A DNA stretch of 64,000 bases, from assembly GCA_963747235.1 (NCBI GenBank), contig CAVVEU010000024.1:64001-128000 (forward strand), read 5' to 3'. The notes below the pieces were generated by a model. The model worked only from the letters and a program-made list of their open reading frames with translations. It was not told the DNA's origin and did not search any database. Below, one piece after another: positions 54,383 to 64,000 of the stretch. A program made the position numbers and the translations under genes. The DNA is from an uncultured Candidatus Rokubacteria bacterium. GTDB taxonomy: Bacteria > Methylomirabilota > Methylomirabilia > Rokubacteriales > CSP1-6. Position 1 is the first letter of the stretch, and each line of letters starts with the position of its first letter.

Positions 54383-55033
54383 GCCCGACCGACGATCTCA
54401 AGTGGGACGCGCAGGGGCTGATCCCGGCGGTGGTCCAGGACACCGAGACCGGCCAGCTCCTCATGGTCGCCTGGATGAGCCCCGCGTCGCTCGAGGCGAC
54501 GCGGCGCACGGGCCTCACCCATTTCTGGTCGCGCTCGCGCAACGCGCTCTGGCGCAAGGGCGAGACGTCGGGGCACACCCAGCACGTGGACGGCCTCTTT
54601 GCTGATTGCGACCGGGACACGCTGCTGGTCCAGGTGCACCAGGACGGCGTGGCGTGCCACACCGGGGCGCGGAGCTGCTTCTTCACGCGCCTCGACGGCG
54701 GGGAGGCCGGGCCCGCGTCGGGCGGCGGCGGGCCCCGCGATGCTGGAAGTCCTCGAGCGGGTGCTCGAGTCGCGGAAGGTGGCGCCGCCCCCCGGCTCCT
54801 ACGTGGCGACGCTGTTCGAGAAGGGGCAGCCCCAGATCTGCCGGAAGATCGGCGAGGAGGCCGCGGAGGTGATGACCGCGGCCCTGGGCGGCGAAGGGGA
54901 CGAGCGCGTGGTCTCCGAGGTCGCGGACCTGTGGTTTCACACCATGGTCCTGCTGACCGCCCGCGGCATCCCCCTCCGCCGCGTCTTCCAGGAGCTCGCC
55001 CGCCGACACAAGCCGGACAAGAAGGACACGTGA
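54379..55033 (+). CDS. hisIE: Phosphoribosyl-AMP cyclohydrolase / phosphoribosyl-ATP pyrophosphatase (probably a fused HisIE, frameshift ~54735)
   Basis: WSRSR..KGETSG, DCDRD, ACHTG..SCF; then [19 protein letters not shown]. Confidence 0.9.
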
Positions 55034-55542
55034 CCGGCCACGCCCTCGCGCGCGCCCTGCTCGCCCTCGTCCTGCTCGCGGGCTGCGCGACGGCGACGGG
55101 GCGCATCGAGAACGGGATGTTCTACTCGGCGAAGGGCTATCGCGTGACGCTGCCGACCACCGGCTGGCGGGTGGATGCCGGCCAGCGGGCCGACCTCGCC
55201 CTGCGCGCGGAGGCGCGGGCGGGCGGCATGGTCGTGGACGCGACCTGCAGCGGTCGCGAGTCCACGCGCCCGCTCGACGTGCTCGCGCGGCATCTGACCT
55301 TCGGCCTCACCCGGCGCGACGTGCTGGAGAACGGCACGTCCACCGTGGGCGGGCGCGAGGCGGCCCACTCGGTGGTCCGCGGCCTGGCGGACGGGCGGAC
55401 GGTCACGGTGGAGGCCCTGGTGATGCGCGCGGAGCCGTGCGTGCACGATTTCCTCTACGTGGCCCCGAGCGATGCCTTCGACGGCGGGCGGCCCGCGTTC
55501 CGGGCCCTGGTCGAGAGCTTCGCGCTGGAGCCGCGCCGGTGA
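55030..55542 (+). CDS. Hypothetical lipoprotein
   Basis: Lipobox LLAGC; coupled to mlaE. Confidence 0.65.
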   Translation: MTGHALARALLALVLLAGCATATGRIENGMFYSAKGYRVTLPTTGWRVDAGQRADLALRAEARAGGMVVDATCSGRESTRPLDVLARHLTFGLTRRDVLENGTSTVGGREAAHSVVRGLADGRTVTVEALVMRAEPCVHDFLYVAPSDAFDGGRPAFRALVESFALEPRR

Positions 55543-56318
55543 TCGCGACGAAGGATCTGCGGTATCACCTGCGGGAGACCGCCCTGTGGTACGGCGGCCT
55601 CGGGCTGCTCTCGGTGCGGGTGGCCCGCAACCTGACCCTGCCGCCGTCCTATTTCTGGCTGGTCGCCCGCGAGATCGACATCATCGGGGTGCGGTCGCTC
55701 GTGGTCGCGCTCACCGCCGCGCTCTTCACCGGGATGGTGCTGGCGCTCCAGACCGCGGTGAACATGGCCCGCTTCGGGGCCGAGAACTACGTGGGCCCGG
55801 TGGTGGCGCTCTCCATCCTGCGCGAGCTGGGGCCGGTGCTGACCGCCATCCTGGTGGGGGGCAAGGTGGCCTCGGGCATCACCGCGGAGCTCGGGTCCAT
55901 GAAGGTCACCGAGCAGATCGACGCCCTCCGCGCGCTCGGCGTGAACTACATCAAGAAGCTGATCGTCCCCCGGTTCATGGCCGCGGTGCTGGTCTTCCCG
56001 CTCGTCACCATCCTCGCGGACGGAATGGGCCTGCTCGGGGGTATGCTGATCGCCGTGTTCGACCGCAACGTCGACCCGTATCTGTACTGGAACACCATCG
56101 CCTACTGGGTGGTGCTGAAGGACTTCCTGTCCGGGCTCGGCAAGAGCTTCGTCTTCGGCGGGCTCGTCACCTTGATCGGCTGCTACAACGGCCTGGCCAC
56201 CGAGGGGGGCACCGAGGGGCTCGGCCGCTCGACCACCGCGACGGTGGTGCAGGTGGCCATGGGCGTGATCATCTCGGACTTCTTCATCACGCGGCTCTTC
56301 CTCTTCATGTACTGGTGA
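55539..56318 (+). CDS. mlaE: MlaE-family ABC permease
   Basis: [34 protein letters not shown]. Confidence 0.92.
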   Translation: MIATKDLRYHLRETALWYGGLGLLSVRVARNLTLPPSYFWLVAREIDIIGVRSLVVALTAALFTGMVLALQTAVNMARFGAENYVGPVVALSILRELGPVLTAILVGGKVASGITAELGSMKVTEQIDALRALGVNYIKKLIVPRFMAAVLVFPLVTILADGMGLLGGMLIAVFDRNVDPYLYWNTIAYWVVLKDFLSGLGKSFVFGGLVTLIGCYNGLATEGGTEGLGRSTTATVVQVAMGVIISDFFITRLFLFMYW

Positions 56319-56328
56319 GCCCCAGCAC

Positions 56329-57105
56329 ATGAGACCGTCGCCCGCGCAGCCGCTCCCGCCCACTCAGCCGCTTCTTGAAGTCCGGAAGGTCTGGAAGGCG
56401 TTCGGGGAGAAACAGGTCCTGCGCGGCGTGAGCTTCGCCCTGCCCAAGGGGACGATCCTCGCGGTGATGGGCGGCAGCGGCCAGGGCAAGACCGTGCTCC
56501 TGCGCATCGCCTCCGGCCTCGCGCGGCCCGACTCGGGCGAGGTCCACGTGTTCGGCACGCGCACCGACCGGATGAGCGAGGAGGCCATGCTCCCGCTGAG
56601 GCGGCGCACCGGCTTCGTGTTCCAGGGCGCGGCCCTCTTCGACTCGCTCACCGTGTTCGAGAACGTGGCCTTCCCGCTGCGCGAGCACACGCGCCTGTCC
56701 CTCGGGGAGATCACGGATCGCGTGCACCACTTCCTCGATCTGGTCGGGCTGCCCGACACCGACGAGCTGCTGCCCGCCGAGCTGAGCGGCGGCATGCGCA
56801 AGCGCGTGGGCATCGCGCGGGCCCTGATCGTGGAGCCGGAGATCGTGTTCTTCGACGAGCCCACCGCCGGGCTCGACCCCACCAACGCGAAGCTGGTCGC
56901 CGAGCTCATCGCCCAGCTCCGCACCGGCGTGTGCGACACCGCGATCGTGGTGACCCACGACGTGGAGTTCGCCGAGCTGGTGGCCGACCAGATGGCGATC
57001 CTGATGCAGGGACAGTTCGCGGACCAGGGCACGCCCTCCGAGATCCACCGCTCCGCCAACCCCGACGTGCGCCGGTTCCTCGCCGGCGAGCTCCGGGAGA
57101 TCTAG
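56329..57105 (+). CDS. mlaF: MlaF-family ABC ATPase
   Basis: GGSGQGKT, FQGAALFDSL, LSGGMRKRV, DEPTAGLDP. Confidence 0.92.
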   Translation: MRPSPAQPLPPTQPLLEVRKVWKAFGEKQVLRGVSFALPKGTILAVMGGSGQGKTVLLRIASGLARPDSGEVHVFGTRTDRMSEEAMLPLRRRTGFVFQGAALFDSLTVFENVAFPLREHTRLSLGEITDRVHHFLDLVGLPDTDELLPAELSGGMRKRVGIARALIVEPEIVFFDEPTAGLDPTNAKLVAELIAQLRTGVCDTAIVVTHDVEFAELVADQMAILMQGQFADQGTPSEIHRSANPDVRRFLAGELREI

Positions 57106-57107
57106 CC

Positions 57108-58277
57108 ATGGCCGACGGGCGCCTCGGGCTGCAGATCCGCATCGGGGCCTTCATCCTGTCCGGCCTGCTCGTGTTCTTCGCGATCATCTACCTGCTCGGG
57201 GCCCAGGGCCGCTACTTCGAGCGCAAGTACGACCTGGTCGCCGAGTTCGGCGAGGTGGGCGGGCTCATCGAGGGCGCCACCGTGCGCCTGGCCGGCGTGC
57301 AGATCGGCCGCGTCACCGCGGTCGAGCTGCCCGAGAAGCCGGGCGGCAAGGTGCGGGTGACGATCACGATCGCGCGGCGCTTCTCGGAGCGGGTGCGGCG
57401 CGATTCGGAAGCCAAGATCTCCACCCAGGGCCTCCTGGGCGACAAGATCGTGGAGATCACCATCGGCACCACCGCGGCCCCCGCGCTCAAGCCCGGCGAG
57501 GTCCTGGCGACCCAGGACTCGGTGGAGATGCAGCAGATGTTCAAGGCCGGTGCGGAGACGCTCCAGACCGTGAAGGAGCTCGCCACCAGCCTCAAGACCA
57601 CCGCGGAGCGGGTGGACCGCATCGCCCGGGAAGTCGAGACGGGCAAGGGGCTGGTCCACGCGCTGGTCTACGACGAGCCGGAGGCCTTGACCAAGCTCAA
57701 CGCGATCCTGACCCGCACCCAGTCGCTCCTCGCCCGGGCCGAGCAGGGCGACCACGCGGTGGGCGTGCTGCTCTCGCCGGACAGCGGCAAGTCGGTCCGC
57801 GCGCTGCTCGCCGCGATGGACACGATCGGCCGGACCGCCGAGAAGCTCGAGTCGCGCGACAACCTGCTGTCCGCGCTGCTCCACGATCCGCAGTACAAGA
57901 CGATCGCCGACGATCTCCGGGCCGTGGCCCACAATTTCCGCGACGTCTCGGAGCGGGTGGCCCAGGGCCAGGGGCTGCTGGGCCAGCTGACCCGTGACGG
58001 CGGCACCGACGGCGCGCTGGGCTCGCTCGGCGACGCCACCGCCGACTTCCGCGCCGCGATGGCCAACCTGCGCGCGGTCACCGACCGGCTCAAGCAGGGC
58101 GAGGGCACGGTCGGCGCGCTCCTGGAAGACCCGACCGTGTACGAGAACCTCGTGCAGTTCCTCGAGGGCTCGCGGCGGAGCTTCCTCCTGCGGACGCTGA
58201 TCCGCTCGACCATTGATGCTGGCCGCGCCGGCGACTCCGGCGCGGCCGGCAACGCGGGCGGGAGCGGAGGCCGCTGA
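57108..58277 (+). CDS. mlaD: MlaD/MCE family protein with long helical region
   Basis: TM anchor, VGGLIEGATVRLAGVQIGRV, QGLLGDK. Confidence 0.9.
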   Translation: MADGRLGLQIRIGAFILSGLLVFFAIIYLLGAQGRYFERKYDLVAEFGEVGGLIEGATVRLAGVQIGRVTAVELPEKPGGKVRVTITIARRFSERVRRDSEAKISTQGLLGDKIVEITIGTTAAPALKPGEVLATQDSVEMQQMFKAGAETLQTVKELATSLKTTAERVDRIAREVETGKGLVHALVYDEPEALTKLNAILTRTQSLLARAEQGDHAVGVLLSPDSGKSVRALLAAMDTIGRTAEKLESRDNLLSALLHDPQYKTIADDLRAVAHNFRDVSERVAQGQGLLGQLTRDGGTDGALGSLGDATADFRAAMANLRAVTDRLKQGEGTVGALLEDPTVYENLVQFLEGSRRSFLLRTLIRSTIDAGRAGDSGAAGNAGGSGGR

Positions 58278-59644
58278 TGGCGCGCGAGCGGACGACGTAT
58301 CGCTGCCAGGAGTGCGGGCTCGCCGCGGCCAAGCCCGGCACCTGCCCCGACTGCGCGCGGGTGGGGACCTATGTGCAGCTCGTGGAGGAGCGGGTCGCGC
58401 CCGCGCGCGGTCTCGCGCGGCCCGGCGTGACCTCGAGCCGGCCCCAGCCGATCCGCGAGATCTCCGTGGGCGACGGCGGGCACCGGGTCTCGAGCGGCAT
58501 GGCCGAGCTCGACCGCGTCCTGGGGGGCGGGGTGGTGAACGGGTCGCTGGTCCTGATCGGCGGGGACCCGGGCATCGGCAAGTCCACCCTCCTGCTCCAG
58601 GTCAGCCGGATGCTGGCCGAGCGGGCGGGGCCGGTGCTGTACGTCTCGGGCGAGGAGTCGGCCGGCCAGGTCAAGCTGCGGGCCGATCGCCTCGGCCCCT
58701 CCCCGGCGGGCCTCTACTTCGTGGCCGAGACCGATCTGGTGACGGTCGAGGCGCACGTGACCGCCATCCAGCCCAGGATCCTGATCGTGGATTCGATCCA
58801 GACCGTGTACCTGCCCGGGCTCGAATCGGCCCCCGGCAGCGTGAGCCAGGTCCGTGAGTGCGGGGCGCGGCTCATGGCCCTGGCCAAGGGGCGGGGGATC
58901 GCCACCTTCCTGGTCGGCCACGTGACCAAGGAGGGGGCCATCGCCGGGCCCCGGGTGCTCGAGCACCTGGTGGACACGGTGCTCTACTTCGAGGGCGAGC
59001 AGCACCACTCGTACCGGGTGCTCCGGGGGGTCAAGAACCGGTTCGGGTCCACCAATGAGATCGGGGTCTTCGAGATGGGGGAGCGGGGCCTGACCGAGGT
59101 CCGCAACCCGTCCGGGTTCTTCCTGGCCGAGCGCCCCAAGGACGCGGCCGGGTCGGTGGTGGTGGCCAGCCTGGAGGGGACCCGCCCCCTCCTGGTCGAG
59201 ATCCAGGCCCTGGTGACCCCGGCCGGCTTTGGCACCCCGCGTCGTACTGTTCTTGGCGCCGACTACAATCGCGTATGCTTGCTGCTGGCGGTGCTGGAGA
59301 AGCGCGTGGGGTTTCCCCTGCAATCGCAGGACGCCTTCGTCAACGTCGCCGGTGGCGCGCGGGTGTCCGAGCCCGCCGCCGACCTGGGACTGGTGCTCGC
59401 GGCGGCCTCGAGCTATCTCGACCGCCCGCTGCGGGGTGACCTGGTGGTGGTCGGCGAGGTCGGGCTGGCCGGAGAGGTGCGAGCGGTGACCGGGCTCGAG
59501 ACACGACTCAAGGAAGCGGCCGCGCTGGGCTTCACCGGGGCCGTGGTGCCCCAGAGCAGCCTGACGGACCGGGGAAGCTATCCCCTGGACGTGCAGGGCG
59601 TGGGGTCGGTGGACGAGGCCGTGAAGGTCCTGCTGGGGCCGTGA
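58277..59644 (+). CDS. radA: DNA repair protein RadA/Sms
   Basis: CQEC..CPDC, GDPGIGKST, DSIQT, KNRFG. Confidence 0.97.
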   Translation: MARERTTYRCQECGLAAAKPGTCPDCARVGTYVQLVEERVAPARGLARPGVTSSRPQPIREISVGDGGHRVSSGMAELDRVLGGGVVNGSLVLIGGDPGIGKSTLLLQVSRMLAERAGPVLYVSGEESAGQVKLRADRLGPSPAGLYFVAETDLVTVEAHVTAIQPRILIVDSIQTVYLPGLESAPGSVSQVRECGARLMALAKGRGIATFLVGHVTKEGAIAGPRVLEHLVDTVLYFEGEQHHSYRVLRGVKNRFGSTNEIGVFEMGERGLTEVRNPSGFFLAERPKDAAGSVVVASLEGTRPLLVEIQALVTPAGFGTPRRTVLGADYNRVCLLLAVLEKRVGFPLQSQDAFVNVAGGARVSEPAADLGLVLAAASSYLDRPLRGDLVVVGEVGLAGEVRAVTGLETRLKEAAALGFTGAVVPQSSLTDRGSYPLDVQGVGSVDEAVKVLLGP

Positions 59645-59651
59645 GGGAGCG

Positions 59652-60665
59652 ATGCAGATAGGTCTGCTCATCGTCCGGACGCTGGTCCTGATGGCGGCCA
59701 CCGCCGCCGGCTTCGCGCTGGCGCACGCCCTCAACCTGCACCCTCCGTACAACCTCTTCCTTGGCGGCGCCGGCCTGCTGGCCGGCGTGCTCGTCGTCCT
59801 GCTCGAGTGGCAGGCCCGGCGCATCCCGGTGGACCGGCTCTTCTGGGGCGCCACCGGCGCCATGCTGGGGGTCGTGCTCGGCCTGGGCCTGGGCACCGCG
59901 GTCGAGGCGGTGGTGCCCGGCGCGGGCGCGCTCGGGCGCGGGCTCTTCGCGCTGCTGCTGGGCTACCTGGGCGCGATGGTGACGCTGGCCAAGCGCGACG
60001 ACCTGGAAGACATGTCGGTCAAGCTCTTCCCCAAGACCGCGGTGAGCCGCCAGGATGGCGACAAGATCCTGGACACCTCGGTGATCATCGACGGGCGCAT
60101 CGTGGACGTCTGCCAGACCGGGTTCCTGGCCGGTACCCTCCTGGTGCCCCAGTTCGTGCTGCGAGAATTGCAGCAGATCGCGGACTCGGCCGACGCGCTC
60201 CGGCGCAATCGCGGCAAGCGGGGCTTCGACGTGCTCCAGCGGCTGCAGCGCGTGCCGCGCGTGAGCGTGCGCATCGACGAGGTGGACTTCCCGCAGGTGC
60301 GCGAGGTGGATCGCAAGCTGATCGAGCTGGCGCGGGCCACCGGCGGCAAGATCGTCACCAACGACTACAACCTGAACCGGGTGGCGGAGCTGTCGGGCGT
60401 CGCGGTGCTCAACATCAACGAGCTCGCCAACGCGCTCAAGCCGGTGGTGCTGCCCGGCGAGCCGCTGCACGTGCACATCGTCAAGGAAGGCAAGGAAGCG
60501 AACCAGGGCGTGGCCTACCTCGACGACGGCACCATGGTGGTGGTGGAGCACGGCAAGCGCCTGATCGGCCAGACGGTGGACGTGACCGTGACCACGATCT
60601 ACCAGACCGCGGCCGGCCGCATGATCTTCGCCCGCCAGCGGGACGAGGAGAGCGCGCCGCGGTGA
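59652..60665 (+). CDS. PIN/TRAM domain membrane protein (YacL-like)
   Basis: ILDTSVIIDGRI, TNDYNL, GVAYLDDGTMVVVE. Confidence 0.92.
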   Translation: MQIGLLIVRTLVLMAATAAGFALAHALNLHPPYNLFLGGAGLLAGVLVVLLEWQARRIPVDRLFWGATGAMLGVVLGLGLGTAVEAVVPGAGALGRGLFALLLGYLGAMVTLAKRDDLEDMSVKLFPKTAVSRQDGDKILDTSVIIDGRIVDVCQTGFLAGTLLVPQFVLRELQQIADSADALRRNRGKRGFDVLQRLQRVPRVSVRIDEVDFPQVREVDRKLIELARATGGKIVTNDYNLNRVAELSGVAVLNINELANALKPVVLPGEPLHVHIVKEGKEANQGVAYLDDGTMVVVEHGKRLIGQTVDVTVTTIYQTAAGRMIFARQRDEESAPR

Positions 60666-61352
60666 CCTACGCCATCGTGCCGGCGGGAGGCCTGGGCACG
60701 CGCATGGGCTCCCGCCGGCCCAAGCAATATCTCCGTCTGGGCCGCGTGCCGATCCTCGTCGCGACGTTGAGAGTATTGACCCGGGCGCGCGGGATCGCGG
60801 GCATCGTGGTGGCGGTGCCGGAGGCGCACGTGGCGGAGACGCGCCGGCTCCTCGCGCGGCTGCGGGTGCCCCGGATCCTCGACGTGGTGGCGGGCGGCGC
60901 CGACCGGCAGGAGTCGGTGTGGCGGGCGCTCCAGCGGATCCCGGAGGCACGCGGAGCGCGTCCTGGTGCACGACGCGGTCCGCCCCTTCATCGACGCGGC
61001 GCTCGTGGCGCGGGTGCTGGCCGCCGCGGCGACGGGCGGCGCGGCCACCTGCGGGATCCCGGTGCGGGAGACCGTGAAGCGCGTGAGCGACGGCGGCGCG
61101 ATCGAGGCCACCATCCCGCGCCAGGGGCTCTGGCTCACCCAGACCCCGCAGGCCTTTACACGCGCGTTACTCTGGGAGGCCCACGACAAGGCGCGACGGG
61201 ACGGCTTCGCGGGGACGGACGACGCGGTGCTGGTGGAGCGGCTGGGTGTGACGGTCGCCATGGTGGCTGGGCTCGGGCAGAATCTCAAGATCACGACGCC
61301 GGAGGATCTCCAGACGGCCCGCGCCTGGGCCGCGCCCCGCCGCCGGGGATGA
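60662..61352 (+). CDS. ispD: 2-C-methyl-D-erythritol 4-phosphate cytidylyltransferase (frameshift ~60950)
   Basis: PAGGLGTRM..PKQY, GGADRQESV, VHDAVRP, QTPQ, NLKITT. Confidence 0.93.
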
Positions 61353-61830
61353 CGGAGTTCCGGTCCGGGCTGGGCTTCGACCTGCATCCGCTGGTCGAGG
61401 GGCGGCCGCTGGTGCTGGGCGGCGTGACGGTGCCCGCCGCGCGCGGGCTGGGCGGGCACTCCGACGCCGACGTGCTCACGCACGCGGTCTGCGAGGCGCT
61501 GCTCGGCTCGCTCGCCCTCGGGGATCTCGGACGGCTGTTCCCGGACACCGATCCGCGCTACAAAGGAGCCTCGAGTCTGGGTCTGCTGCGGTCGGTGATG
61601 GAGCTGATTGCCACCAAGGGAGCTCGCGTGGTCAACGTCGATGTCACGGTGATCTGCCAGGCGCCGCGCCTGGCCCCGTTCCTGCCCGAGATGGCGAAGC
61701 AGCTCGCCGCGACCATGGGCCTGGGACCCGACCGGGTGAGCGTGAAGGCCAAGAGCCCGGAGCACCTGGGGCTGCTGGGGCGGGAGGAAGGCATCGCCTC
61801 GATGGCGGTGGTCAGCGTGGAGACCGCCTG

Positions 61831-61831
<1 letters not shown>
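61349..61831 (+). CDS. ispF: MECDP synthase
   Basis: GFDLH, GHSDADV, GDLG..FPDTD, VSVKAK. Confidence 0.95.
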
Positions 61832-63254
<1,423 letters not shown>

Positions 63255-63258
<4 letters not shown>

Positions 63259-64000
63259 CGCGCGAGCCGCGCGAGCCGCGTGAGATGCCCGAGCCGCCCC
63301 CGCGGCAGGGTCTTCCGGAAGACGGCGCGCCGCTCTTCGGGCGCAACCCGGTGCTCGAGCTGCTCCGGACCGGGAGCCGCCGGGTCGAGGAGATCGCGAT
63401 CCTGTCGGAGGGCCGCGGGCCCGCGCTGCACGAGCTGCTGGGGCTGGCCAAGCGCCAGGGCGTCAAGATCTCGTACCGCACCCGCGATCAGCTCACCGCC
63501 ATGGCGGGGGACATCCACCACCAGGGGGTGGTGGCCCGGGTCGCGGGCGCGAGCTACGCGGCGCTCGGCGATCTGCTCGAGATCCCGGCCGAGCGGGGGG
63601 AGCCGGCCTTCTTCCTTGCCCTGGACCAGGTGCAGGACCCGCGGAACCTGGGGGCGGTGCTCCGGACCGCCGAGGCCACCGGCGCCCACGGGGTCATCGT
63701 GCCCAAGCACCACGCCGCGGGCCTGACGGGCGCCGCCGCGAAATCGGCCATGGGCGCCGCGGAGCTGATCCCGGTAGCGCGGGAGACGAACCTGGTCCAC
63801 GCGCTAGAAATACTCAAGAAAGAAGGCGTGTGGACGGTCGGAGCGGTGCCGGCCGGCGGCAAGCTGCCGTGGGAGCTGGACATGACCGGCCCCGTGTGCC
63901 TGGTGCTGGGCGGGGAGGGGGAGGGGCTCCGGCCCCTCGTGGCCAAGAGCTGCGACTTCCTGGTGAGTCTGCCGATGCGAGGCCGGCTCGAATCGCTGAA
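63255..64000 (+). CDS. rlmB: 23S rRNA (G2251) 2'-O-methyltransferase, SpoU/TrmH family; 3' truncated, early frameshift
   Basis: LFGRNPVLE, HQGVVA, LDQVQDPRNLGA, LGGEGEGLR, LPMRGRLESL. Confidence 0.9.

Overview
Very GC-rich bacterial chromosomal DNA. Gene order and content suggest Candidatus Rokubacteria / Methylomirabilota, but this is inference only. About 20 genes, including housekeeping ones, carry single-base frameshifts, which points to uncorrected long-read indels rather than real pseudogenes. From 1 to 15 kb are accessory catabolic genes: an HpaB-like fragment, D-aminoacylase, LLM monooxygenase, SDR, C69 peptidase with a peptide ABC transporter, FAD monooxygenase, and LysR with nitronate monooxygenase. 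This region also holds a small lower-GC islet with a SLATT-like 2-TM protein and two polyproline ORFs. A type III PKS, methyltransferase and FAD oxidoreductase cluster lies at 16-19 kb, followed by stand-alone nuoLMN (21-26 kb) and a glycerol/glycerophosphodiester cluster with two ugpBAE-like sets (26-37.5 kb). The rest is core genes: atpZ-I-B-E, rex, mfd, surA-like, rho, rpmE, prfA, prmC, murA, his operon, mlaEFD, radA, PIN/TRAM, ispDF, cysS and rlmB. The most notable unexplained signals are (i) a ~45-nt strand-specific hairpin repeat with tandem G·A pairs, in four copies, two inserted into loops of GlpK and HisF, (ii) a multi-stem riboswitch-like leader before ugpB, and (iii) the SLATT/polyproline islet.
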